64,000 bases of DNA from Candidatus Moraniibacteriota bacterium (GCA_003483065.1 DMWY01000018.1:8160-72159), one strand, 5' to 3'; shown: positions 38,921 through 47,813, counted from the stretch's first letter. The notes: generated from the sequence alone by a model not told the origin. Translations and numbers: made by a program.

Positions 38921-40228
38921 ATGAATATCATTGTTTCAAAATTTGGCGGTACCTCAGTGGGAAGCCCCGAAGCTATTCAAAAACTTCGCGAAATTGTCTT
39001 GGAAAAAGAAGAACGAAAAATAATCGTTGTTTCTGCCGTTTCCGGCACTACCGATCTGTTGATCAAAGCCGGCACCGAAGCCAAACAGAAAGGAGATTGG
39101 GAAATTACACTGGAAATTATCAAAAAGAAGCATTTGAAATTAATCAAAGAACTCGGGATCAAATTAGATCTGTCTGAATATTTTGAAGAATTAGAAGCTT
39201 TTCTTAACGGCATAGAATCCATTGGAGAACTCACGCCAAGAAGCCGGGATTACATTTTGTCTTTTGGTGAAAGACTAAGTTCGAAAATAATTGAAAGTTT
39301 TTTGGAAAAAAAATCCAAAGCTATCCGCATTAATTCTCGAAAACTTATAAAAACCGACAATTCTTTCAGCTCAGCCAAACTAGACATGAAAGAAACGATC
39401 AAAGCTATAAAGAAAAATTTACTACCAAAATTAAATGACTTTGACAAAATCGTCATCACCGGCTTTATCGGCTCCACTGCGCACGGAGAATACACAACTT
39501 TTTCCCGCGGAGGCTCTGATTATACGGCGGCTATTTTAGCCAATGTGCTAAATGCCACCGAACTAGAAATTTGGACCGACGTGGACGGAATTCTCACTGC
39601 TAATCCCAAAATAATTCCTCAAGCGAAAGTAATTCCAAAAATAAATTATCGCGAAGCAGCTGAACTCGCCTATTTTGGCGCCAAAGTTCTTCACCCAAAA
39701 ACCATTGAACCCGTCGTGGTCAAAGAAATTCCCGCTCGTGTAGTCAACACTTTCAATCACAAACATCGCGGAACTCTCATTACCGGCGAATCGCAAAAAA
39801 ACATCAAATCCGTTTCCAGCAAAAATGGATCCTATATAATCAATCTCTATTCGACTGAGATGCTTGGAACTTCTGGATTTATGGCAGAAATATTTTCCAT
39901 CTTTTTGAAACATGATGTCGTCATCGACGTTGTGAGCACTTCCGAGTCTAGCATTTCCGTCACGACCGAATGCGAACCAACCACGCTCCTTATAAAGGAT
40001 TTGGAAAAATATGCACTCACTGAAATCCTATATAACAAAACTATAATTTCTCTTGTTGGTGAGGGCATCAGCCAAAGAAAAAATATTCTTTCTAGACTTT
40101 TCGGCGCAGTGAAAAACCATTCTATTAAAATGGTTTCCCAAGGTGCCTCCCCTCGAAACATCACGCTCGTCGTTGACAAAAAAGATGAAAAGCTAGTTAT
40201 CCGCGCTATTTATAAAGAATTTTTTTAA
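38921..40228 (+). CDS. lysC: Aspartate kinase
   Basis: KFGGTSV, VVSA, GERLS, RGGSDYTA, WTDVDG, GAKVLHP, two ACT domains. Confidence 0.95.
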   Translation: MNIIVSKFGGTSVGSPEAIQKLREIVLEKEERKIIVVSAVSGTTDLLIKAGTEAKQKGDWEITLEIIKKKHLKLIKELGIKLDLSEYFEELEAFLNGIESIGELTPRSRDYILSFGERLSSKIIESFLEKKSKAIRINSRKLIKTDNSFSSAKLDMKETIKAIKKNLLPKLNDFDKIVITGFIGSTAHGEYTTFSRGGSDYTAAILANVLNATELEIWTDVDGILTANPKIIPQAKVIPKINYREAAELAYFGAKVLHPKTIEPVVVKEIPARVVNTFNHKHRGTLITGESQKNIKSVSSKNGSYIINLYSTEMLGTSGFMAEIFSIFLKHDVVIDVVSTSESSISVTTECEPTTLLIKDLEKYALTEILYNKTIISLVGEGISQRKNILSRLFGAVKNHSIKMVSQGASPRNITLVVDKKDEKLVIRAIYKEFF

Positions 40229-40240
40229 TACTAGAATTTA

Positions 40241-40390
40241 AGGATTTAAGCATTTGATTGTGGAAAAGATATTAACGCAGTCGCCAGGAAAATACTTTGT
40301 ATAGATAATTCTTAATTACTGGCGAGTTATTAAATTTTATAATTACTTTCGCGACGAGCATATCTTGACACAAGCGAATGCTTAAATCCT
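40241..40390 (+). repeat. Long hairpin element with AGGATTTAAGCA termini
   Basis: aggatttaagcatt/aatgcttaaatcct; ttgtg-GA-aaagatat/atatctt-GA-cacaa; tcgccag/ctggcga. Confidence 0.85.
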
Positions 40391-40400
40391 ACATAAAATT

Positions 40401-41405
40401 ATGCGTTTTGCAATTATCGGTGCTACGGGCATCGTCGGGAGAGAAATGATTCAATGCCTCGAAAAAAAACATTTGAAAGTTTCTGCTTTGAGATTGGCGG
40501 CTTCACCACGCTCGGTGGGGAAAATGATCAAAACCAATTTCGGAAAAATAAAAGTGGAGAAAATCAGTGAAGAACTTTTCAAAAATTCTGACATCGCCCT
40601 TTTTGCCGCCGGCTCGGAAATTAGTTTGGAGTGGGCCAAAAAAGCGGCTGAGCTTGGCTCGGTTGTTATCGATAATTCCTCATGCTTTCGCTATGACCCA
40701 CAGGTGCCACTCATTATCCCAGAAATAAATCCAAAAGAAATTTCGAAACATAGAGGCATCATCGCCAATCCCAACTGCACCACTGCTATTGCCGCTATTC
40801 CACTTTGGGAAATTGAAAAAAAATTCGGTCTGAAAAAAGTTATTATTTCCACCTATCAGGCAGTTTCCGGCGCGGGGAAAGAAGCGATGGAAGAGTTGGA
40901 AAATCAAACTCATAGTTATTGCCAAAATAAAAAGTTCACAATAGACAAATTTCAACATCAAATTCTTTTCAATCTTATTCCTCATATTGATAAGTTTCAA
41001 GAAAATGGATATACCAAAGAAGAAATGAAGGTCGTTTGGGAAACTAGAAAAATATTTTCTCGTCCTAACATTGACATTTCTTGCACGGCTGTTCGTGTGC
41101 CGGTTATGCGAGCGCACAGCGAATCAATTGTAGTTGAAACAAAAAAGAAAATCACTCCCGAAAAAATTAGAGCGATTTTCAAAAAGACTTCTGGGATAAA
41201 AGTAGTTGATGATCCAAAAAATAATTCCTACCCAATGCCACTTTTTGCCAGTTCGGATTTTTCTGTTCATGTCGGGAGAATTAGACAAAGCCTTATTTTT
41301 GGAGATTTTGGACTGGAATTTTTTGTTAGTGGCGATCAAATCTTGAAAGGCGCCGCCCTCAATGCTGTCCAAATCGCCGAGCTTTTGATGAAGAAAAAGA
41401 AATAA
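40401..41405 (+). CDS. asd: Aspartate-semialdehyde dehydrogenase
   Basis: GATG.VG, IDNSS, ANPNCTT, STYQAVSGAG, RVPV..HS, KGAALNAVQIAE. Confidence 0.97.
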   Translation: MRFAIIGATGIVGREMIQCLEKKHLKVSALRLAASPRSVGKMIKTNFGKIKVEKISEELFKNSDIALFAAGSEISLEWAKKAAELGSVVIDNSSCFRYDPQVPLIIPEINPKEISKHRGIIANPNCTTAIAAIPLWEIEKKFGLKKVIISTYQAVSGAGKEAMEELENQTHSYCQNKKFTIDKFQHQILFNLIPHIDKFQENGYTKEEMKVVWETRKIFSRPNIDISCTAVRVPVMRAHSESIVVETKKKITPEKIRAIFKKTSGIKVVDDPKNNSYPMPLFASSDFSVHVGRIRQSLIFGDFGLEFFVSGDQILKGAALNAVQIAELLMKKKK

Positions 41406-41423
41406 ATTTATTTAGTTTATTTT

Positions 41424-41565
41424 AGGACTTACACGTTTACCTGAAAATCTATTTATGTAGCCAGTACAATGACAGGATTATAATCAATAATTTCTATCTA
41501 TAATCTTAGTTCATTTTTTTGTAATTTCAGCGAACAATAGATTTGAAGGGAAATGCGTAAGTCAT
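41424..41565 (+). repeat. Long hairpin element with AGGACTTAC/GTAAGTC termini overlapping the ribH 3' end
   Basis: gacttac/gtaagtc; cct-GA-aaatctatt/aatagattt-GA-agg; aggattata/tataatctt. Confidence 0.8.
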
Positions 41566-42006
41566 ATCCAAAACCGCCTCAGTCGCTTCTTTGCCCTTAT
41601 TGCATCTTTCATTCGCCCTGTCTTTTGCTTGCTTCAAGTTATTCACAGTTATCACGCCAAAACCAATTGGCAAAGAAAATTTCAGCATCACGTCCATTAT
41701 CCCCCTGGAAACTTCTTGTGATATATAATAGTAATGATCAGTGTCGCCCTTTATCACGCACCCGATAGCCACCAAGCCATCATATTTTTTTTCTTTCGCT
41801 AATTTCTGACAAGCTAAGGGAATTTCATATGCACCCGGAACCCAAACAATTTCAATATTGTTTTTTTTAACCTTATTTATTCGCAAAACTTCCAGCGCGC
41901 CCTGAAGCATTTTTTCCGTGATGTCCACATTGAATTTTGAGACTATAATCGCAATTTTGAGATTGCGACCATCAATTTTATTAATTTTTTTGTTTTCTCT
42001 TTGCAT
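41527..42006 (-). CDS. ribH: 6,7-dimethyl-8-ribityllumazine synthase
   Basis: SKFN..IT, VPGAYEIP, GCVIKGDTDH, NKG.EA. Confidence 0.95.
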   Translation of the reverse strand: MQRENKKINKIDGRNLKIAIIVSKFNVDITEKMLQGALEVLRINKVKKNNIEIVWVPGAYEIPLACQKLAKEKKYDGLVAIGCVIKGDTDHYYYISQEVSRGIMDVMLKFSLPIGFGVITVNNLKQAKDRANERCNKGKEATEAVLDMTYAFPFKSIVR

Positions 42007-42033
42007 AAGTATTTATAGTTATTTAAACCCCTC

Positions 42034-42129
42034 TGTCATTCCCGTGAAAACGGGAATCCAGTCATCAAATAAATTTTATTGCAATAAATTTAGTATCTAC
42101 ACTAGATTCCTGCTTTCGCAGGAATGACA
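42034..42129 (+). repeat. TGTCA...TGACA double-hairpin element (copy 4)
   Basis: gtcattcccgtgaaaacgggaatccagtc...tctacactagattcctgctttcgcaggaatgaca. Confidence 0.85.
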
Positions 42130-42137
42130 AATCGAAC

Positions 42138-42725
42138 TTATTTATTTCTTAAAAGTTTATCTACATATTTAGCTAGCACATCTGTTTCAATGTTCACGCT
42201 ATCACCTATTTTTATCTTTCCTAAATTAGTATTCTCCAAAGTATAACTCACTAGCGAAACCGAAAACCAATCTCGCCCGGTATCCACTACAGTTAAACTT
42301 ATCCCATCCACAGAAACCGACCCTTTCTCTGCTACCAAGCGCATAAATTTTGTGGGAATTTGTATTTTTATTATTTTTGATTTCTTGTCTTTTCTTATAC
42401 CCACCACAATTCCTCGCGTATCAATGTGCCCCTGCACTATGTGTCCATCCAAAAGATCCTTGAGCGCCAAACTTTTTTCTAAATTCACAGCCGTTCCTTT
42501 TTTCCAATCGCCCGCAGTAGTTTTCTCAATAGTCTCCGGCATATATTCCACTTGAAAAATTTTTGCATTAAATTTTTTAACTGTCGAACAAATTCCATTC
42601 ATAGAAATACTTTCCCCTTCCCAAATTTTCCAGCCTTTGGGTCGAGAAATTTCCACAAATAAACTTTCATTTATTTTGGAAACTTTTTCTACTGTGGATA
42701 ATTTTTTAATAATCCCGGTAAACAT
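42138..42725 (-). CDS. ribE: Riboflavin synthase
   Basis: MFTGII, GHIVQGHID, KGSVSVDGISLTV, VNIETD. Confidence 0.96.
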   Translation of the reverse strand: MFTGIIKKLSTVEKVSKINESLFVEISRPKGWKIWEGESISMNGICSTVKKFNAKIFQVEYMPETIEKTTAGDWKKGTAVNLEKSLALKDLLDGHIVQGHIDTRGIVVGIRKDKKSKIIKIQIPTKFMRLVAEKGSVSVDGISLTVVDTGRDWFSVSLVSYTLENTNLGKIKIGDSVNIETDVLAKYVDKLLRNK

Positions 42726-42727
42726 AA

Positions 42728-43072
42728 TTATTTTCTTCTTATTATTTCCAAATCTTTCTTAATTTGTTTTATTAATTCTTCACTGTTTTTAAACTTTATA
42801 ATTTCTCTAATTTTCTCAACAATCTCTACTCTCATTTCTTTGTTGTATAAATTTCCCGAAAAATCCAGTAGATGCGCTTCCAAAAGAGATTTCTCAGGAA
42901 AATAGACAATGGCGGCCTTATATTTTTTGCCTTCAAACTCAACATTTCCCGCATAAACCCCGGCCTCAAGTTTTCCACTAAAGTTCAAATTGGCCGTAGG
43001 AAAGCCTAATTTATGGCCATTTTCTTGTCCATGAATGACTTTTCCGACTATTTTCAAATGTTGGTTCTCCAT
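42728..43072 (-). CDS. Monofunctional riboflavin kinase
   Basis: G.V.HG...G..LGFPTAN, GVY, EAHLLDF...LY; no FAD-synthetase domain. Confidence 0.9.
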   Translation of the reverse strand: MENQHLKIVGKVIHGQENGHKLGFPTANLNFSGKLEAGVYAGNVEFEGKKYKAAIVYFPEKSLLEAHLLDFSGNLYNKEMRVEIVEKIREIIKFKNSEELIKQIKKDLEIIRRK

Positions 43073-43149
43073 AGACTAAATTCTAACAAGAGCGCCGGAT
43101 ATTGGCAAATTCATTTGCTTTTGCTAGTATGTAGTATAATCTTAATTTT

Positions 43150-44043
43150 ATGGAAAAAATCATCGTCATTCTTGGACCCACTTCTTCTGGCAAATCAGAG
43201 GTGGCAATTGCATTGGCTCAAAAATTAAACGGGGAGATAATTAGCGCTGACTCGCGCCAAATTTATCGTGGCATGGATGTTGGTACTGGAAAAATAACCA
43301 AGTCTGAACAAAAAATGGCTAAACATTATGGTATTGATATAGTAAGTCCAAAGACTGAATATAACTCGGCTAAATTCAAAAAGTATGCTAACAAAATAAT
43401 CAAAGATATTTTAGCGCGCGGAAAACTCCCGATTATTTGCGGTGGAACCGGTTTTTGGATAAAAGCGCTGGTGGATAATGTTGTCTATCCAGAAGTCGCA
43501 CCCGATTGGAAGCTGCGAGAAAAGTTAGGCAAAAAATCAACTGAAGAATTATTTAAGACACTGCAAAAACTAGATCCCCAGCGTGCCAAAAACATCGACG
43601 CCAAAAATCCCGTCCGTCTCATTCGCGCCATTGAAATTTGCAAAAGTATCGGCAAAGTGCCAGATACAAGATACAAGATACAAGATACAAGATACAAATT
43701 TGTTCAGATTGGAATAAGAATTACCAAAGAAAAACTTGATGAAAGAATTAAGCTAAGACTGCAAAAAAGATTTTCTGCAGGCATGACTAAGGAAGTCAAA
43801 AAACTCCACTTTAAAGATAAAATTAGTTGGAAAAAATTGGAAAGCTTTGGGCTTGGATACTCGCTTATTCCAAAATATTTGAAAGGTGAAATAGAATCAA
43901 AAGAAGAGCTTTTTGAACAAGTTTACCTCGCCGAAAAAAACTACGCCAAACGCCAAATGACTTGGTTTAAAAAAGATAAAAGAGTAATTTGGCTACCTGA
44001 ATACAAAGATATAGAAAAAGAAGTAAAGAAGTTTTTAATTTAA
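43150..44043 (+). CDS. miaA: tRNA dimethylallyltransferase
   Basis: GPTSSGKS, ISADSRQIYRGMDVGT, GGTG, YAKRQMTWF. Confidence 0.97.
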   Translation: MEKIIVILGPTSSGKSEVAIALAQKLNGEIISADSRQIYRGMDVGTGKITKSEQKMAKHYGIDIVSPKTEYNSAKFKKYANKIIKDILARGKLPIICGGTGFWIKALVDNVVYPEVAPDWKLREKLGKKSTEELFKTLQKLDPQRAKNIDAKNPVRLIRAIEICKSIGKVPDTRYKIQDTRYKFVQIGIRITKEKLDERIKLRLQKRFSAGMTKEVKKLHFKDKISWKKLESFGLGYSLIPKYLKGEIESKEELFEQVYLAEKNYAKRQMTWFKKDKRVIWLPEYKDIEKEVKKFLI

Positions 44044-44094
44044 TAAGAGTCCCCAAGAAAGATTTCTTGAGGACCCTTGTGTTTTTCGGAAGGA

Positions 44095-44271
44095 TTATTT
44101 ATTGGGTAGGTAGGGCTGAAGCGGTATATTGTGAAATTCTGCGCATCTTCTACAGATTGGCCAACCTGAACCATTGTACCCAGCGATTTCATCAAAACCA
44201 CTACACATCCTACAAAATTCTTTTTCTTCCGATAAAATATCGTAAGAAACCTCAGCCAGATCACTATCCAT
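44095..44271 (-). CDS. Small putative zinc-binding protein (CxxC...CxxC)
   Basis: GGAGGAG SD, CRMC...CRRC, terminator hairpin 44048-44076. Confidence 0.65.
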   Translation of the reverse strand: MDSDLAEVSYDILSEEKEFCRMCSGFDEIAGYNGSGWPICRRCAEFHNIPLQPYLPNK

Positions 44272-44444
44272 AATATCTCTCCTCCCAAAAAAGAACATAA
44301 AAAAAATCCACCTATTTGGTGGATTTCACATTGTCTATAAAAAATATAAAAAACTTTTTTGGTCTTTGTCTGTTTGGTTTTTTATACTTATTTTTCATAT
44401 CTAAATATAAATATACTCCTTTCTCCTAATTTTGGCAAGAGCAA

Positions 44445-44510
44445 CTATTTCAACTTGTTTTTGACAATTTCCTGCACTATTTGCGGATTAGCTTTGCCTT
44501 TAGTCATCGC
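44445..44510 (-). pseudogene. Orphan alternative 3' end of gatB (AMTKGKANPQIVQEIVKNKLK*)
   Basis: Open frame ending in TAG that repeats GatB TKGKANP with synonymous codon changes, 23 bp after the gatB stop. Confidence 0.8.
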
Positions 44511-44533
44511 TCCGCCAAAGGCGGATCTGACGC

Positions 44534-46009
44534 TTATTCTCCTGACATTTTTTTTACTAATAATTCAGACGCAGCATTTGGATTAGCCTTTCCTTTAGTA
44601 GCCGACATAGTTTGCCCGATCAGAAACTTCAACGCATTTTCTTTCCCAGCCTTGAAATCAACCACCGATTTCTCATTCTTGGCCAAAACTTCCTCGACTA
44701 TTTTTTCCAATTCGTCTGAATTATCCATTTGCGCCAAATTTTTTTCTTCGATGATTTGCGATGGATCGCCACCTGCCTTGTACATCTCGGCAAGCACTGT
44801 TTGCGCTGCACTGGAATTTATTTTCCCCTCTGACAAAATACAAATAAACTCGGCGTAATTTTCTGGAGTGATTTTGATATCAGATAAATCATGTTCGTGT
44901 TCCCCCATGTGCTTGCGAAGTTCACCAATCATATAATTAGCAGCCAATTTAATCGCCCTTTCTTCTTGGCACACATATTCTTTGCAACTAATTTTTTCCC
45001 TAATTTCGCTCACCACATTTTCAAAATACTGCGCCAATTCTTTTTCGCAGGTTATAATTTCCACGTCAGCAATTGGCAGATCATATTCCTTTTTGAATCT
45101 TTCAAATTTTTGCTCCGGCAGTTCTGGCAATTTTCTTTTAATATTTTCCACATAAGTTTCATCAAAACTAAACGGCGGGATATCCGGTTCAGGAAAATAG
45201 CGATAATCATGCGCTGATTCTTTTTTCCTCTGTGAAACTGTCTCACCTTTGTTCGCATCCCATCCGCGAGTTTCTTGAACAATCTTTTCACCTTTATCCA
45301 ACATTTCCGTTTGTCGCTCAATTTCAAAATTGATGGCTTTTTCCACGAATTTAAAACTATTAATATTCTTCACTTCAACTTTAGTGCCAGAAAGTTTTTC
45401 CTCGCCTTCTTTATAAAGTGAAATATTAGCTTCGCAACGCATATTTCCTTTTTCCATATCCGCATCTGATATTTCAAGATATCTGCAAATCTGTTGCAGT
45501 TTTTGACAAAAAATTCGCGCTTCTTCACCCGTTTCAATGTCCGGTTCAGTCACCAGCTCCATTAGTGGCACTCCAGCGCGATTGAAATCCACCAGAGTAT
45601 ATTCCACGCCTTTTGGGTGAATGAGCTTGCCTGTGTCCTCTTCGAGATGAATGCGAGTGATTCCGATTTCTTTCCCATTTATTTTCAATTTTCCTTTTTC
45701 ACAAAATGGTTGATCATATTGGGAAATTTGATAGCCTTTTGGAATATCCGGATAAAAATAGTTCTTACGATCAAACTTTGAAATTTGACGCAAATTGCAA
45801 CCCAACGCCAAGCCAACTAACTGAACAAATTCAATTGCTTGAATGTTTGGCACCGGCAATGTTCCTGGTTGCGCTGTGCAAACAGGACAAATATCAATAT
45901 TTGGAGTCTTTTCAAGCCCCAAGCCATTCTTGCATTGGCAAAACATTTTTGATTTAGTTTTGAGTTCCACATGGATTTCCATGCCGATTACGGGAGTGTA
46001 TTTTTTCAT
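44534..46009 (-). CDS. gatB: Asp/Glu-tRNA amidotransferase subunit B
   Basis: IGMEIHVEL.T..KMF, RKNYFYPD, RIHLEED, DYRYFPEPD. Confidence 0.98.
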   Translation of the reverse strand: MKKYTPVIGMEIHVELKTKSKMFCQCKNGLGLEKTPNIDICPVCTAQPGTLPVPNIQAIEFVQLVGLALGCNLRQISKFDRKNYFYPDIPKGYQISQYDQPFCEKGKLKINGKEIGITRIHLEEDTGKLIHPKGVEYTLVDFNRAGVPLMELVTEPDIETGEEARIFCQKLQQICRYLEISDADMEKGNMRCEANISLYKEGEEKLSGTKVEVKNINSFKFVEKAINFEIERQTEMLDKGEKIVQETRGWDANKGETVSQRKKESAHDYRYFPEPDIPPFSFDETYVENIKRKLPELPEQKFERFKKEYDLPIADVEIITCEKELAQYFENVVSEIREKISCKEYVCQEERAIKLAANYMIGELRKHMGEHEHDLSDIKITPENYAEFICILSEGKINSSAAQTVLAEMYKAGGDPSQIIEEKNLAQMDNSDELEKIVEEVLAKNEKSVVDFKAGKENALKFLIGQTMSATKGKANPNAASELLVKKMSGE

Positions 46010-46013
46010 AAAT

Positions 46014-46532
46014 TTAAAATAAAATTTTCTTATATTTTAATTTGTTTAAATTTTTTTCAATATCCTTATATTTTTTTCCGCAAAGCATCCCTCCAGCGAT
46101 AAACTCTTCCTGAGTAACTTCCACCAGGCAAAATTCTGGCATTTTGAATCTATCTTTTTCTTTTTTATTTTTAAATTCAAAATCTATCAATACTAAGCCA
46201 CTCAGTCCTTCCTTGAAAATATCAATTTCTGCGATATTCTTATTATAATCATAGTAGTATCTTTTTTTAAATATTTTCCTCCCTTCTGTTTTTTTCAAAA
46301 CCTCAAACTCTTTTTCGGAAAGACTGATTGTTTGCTCTTTTTGAACCGATTTGTCGTTATCACTGATTGGTGTTTTTTTCGTCATCTCGAAACTATCTCC
46401 ATTTTTTCTAATACGCAAAACAGGATGATCGCTAGATTTTGGAATATAAATATCAATAACTTCTCTCCATTTTGATTTTTTTATATTCGCAGGAATATTT
46501 TTCGCTAAATATGTTTTTTCTAATTCAATCAT
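46014..46532 (-). CDS. CYTH-like domain protein
   Basis: ExExxY N-terminus, LRIR, K.R.Y, EID.F, DFEF. Confidence 0.8.
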   Translation of the reverse strand: MIELEKTYLAKNIPANIKKSKWREVIDIYIPKSSDHPVLRIRKNGDSFEMTKKTPISDNDKSVQKEQTISLSEKEFEVLKKTEGRKIFKKRYYYDYNKNIAEIDIFKEGLSGLVLIDFEFKNKKEKDRFKMPEFCLVEVTQEEFIAGGMLCGKKYKDIEKNLNKLKYKKILF

Positions 46533-46540
46533 AAAAAGAA

Positions 46541-47041
46541 TTAATATACAACATTATATTTTAAAACCACTGAATCATCATTAATTTTTTCACAATCAAT
46601 CAATTTTAGATTAACATCAAAATCCCCCTTGAAAAGTCCCAGGCCATCACCAAAAATTTTCGGCTCGACTGTGATATGAATTTCATCCACTAATTTATGA
46701 TCCAAAAACATCCCATTAATAAATGCTCCTCCACCTAAGATAGCTGACTCGTACCCCATATCTTCCAAATCCTTCAAAACATCCTCTGGCTCACCCTTGA
46801 CCCATTTTACCCCTTCAATTTCCTTTGGATTTTCCTCTAGCGTAAAAACAACATTCAGACGCTCCTTAAGCGGAGATGGAAAAGTAGCAAAAGTTTTATC
46901 ACCCATAATCACCACTCTTGCCTCCTTGGAAACACGGGCGAAATATTTTTTGTCTTCTCGAGAAGTCCAATCTGGGAAATGATTGCTCGTTTTAGCGATC
47001 TTTCCATCTAGCGTCATTGCCATTACCATTATAATTTTCAT
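46541..47041 (-). CDS. Dihydrofolate reductase family (DHFR/RibD C-terminal-like) protein
   Basis: A.TLDGKIA, W.S.ED..YF, VIMG.KTF, PL..R.NVV, GG, VDE. Confidence 0.85.
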   Translation of the reverse strand: MKIIMVMAMTLDGKIAKTSNHFPDWTSREDKKYFARVSKEARVVIMGDKTFATFPSPLKERLNVVFTLEENPKEIEGVKWVKGEPEDVLKDLEDMGYESAILGGGAFINGMFLDHKLVDEIHITVEPKIFGDGLGLFKGDFDVNLKLIDCEKINDDSVVLKYNVVY

Positions 47042-47060
47042 AATTTAAAACTTTTAATTC

Positions 47061-47651
47061 TTATTTTTTCCAGTCGCCAGTTTTGAATCTGTTGTTTTCT
47101 GAATTAAAATGCCAGCTATTTACATCGCTCAAATAAATTTCTCTAAATATTTTTTTAGCCGTTTTTGTAAAAAGTTTTTTAGGAATTATTTTTTTACGCG
47201 ATTCTGATTTTAATTTAAATAGACTCTCATTTGCATCTTTTTGCTCCATAAGCTCTAAATCAATATCAAGATTGTCGGCATCCTTGACTATCCTTGCTTC
47301 AATCGTTTCTCTTTTTTCATTTTCTTTAAATAATTCTAAGAATTCTTTTTCAAGCGAAGTGTTTTTAAGCATATCGCGTATGGCCAAATCTTCATTTCTC
47401 TTGACATATAATCTTGACAAATAGTCCACATCTCCCGCCCGACTCTCTGCAATATCATGTAATAATGCTAATTTCAATATTTTCTCCTGATTGTTATTCT
47501 TCTCTTTTTTAGCAATAATCAAAGCCAACCACATTACCCTGAAAGTATGTTCCGCATCATTAGCTACTTTTGTTACAAAAAACCTCTGCCAAGTCCTTTG
47601 GAGGAATCTTATTTTTCCGATTTCAAACAAAAAATCCAAATCTTTGTTCAT
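47061..47651 (-). CDS. HD-domain hydrolase (5'-deoxynucleotidase-like)
   Basis: R..W, AEH.FRV, ALLHD..E...GD, EA.IVKDAD.LD. Confidence 0.85.
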   Translation of the reverse strand: MNKDLDFLFEIGKIRFLQRTWQRFFVTKVANDAEHTFRVMWLALIIAKKEKNNNQEKILKLALLHDIAESRAGDVDYLSRLYVKRNEDLAIRDMLKNTSLEKEFLELFKENEKRETIEARIVKDADNLDIDLELMEQKDANESLFKLKSESRKKIIPKKLFTKTAKKIFREIYLSDVNSWHFNSENNRFKTGDWKK

Positions 47652-47813
47652 TTTGATTTCAGTTAACTATTACGCATAATGTATAATACCACACAAAAAA
47701 GTGATAGTAAAATCACTATATCTGTTTGACTTTAATGGTCTTTATGCTATTCTAATTTGAAACCCTATTAACCTGAAACCTTAAAAAAAGAATAGACCCG
47801 AAGGAGGTCAAAC

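Noticed and set aside
40241-40390. Lysine riboswitch between lysC and asd
   Set aside because: No recognisable lysine aptamer consensus; it is a long palindrome with termini related to 41424-41565
44314-44398. 28-aa basic ORF upstream of the zinc-finger gene
   Set aside because: Low-complexity sequence with the SD too distant; no support
47685-47730. NrdR boxes near the nucleotide cluster
   Set aside because: Only a partial match (cactatatct) without the right half of the palindrome
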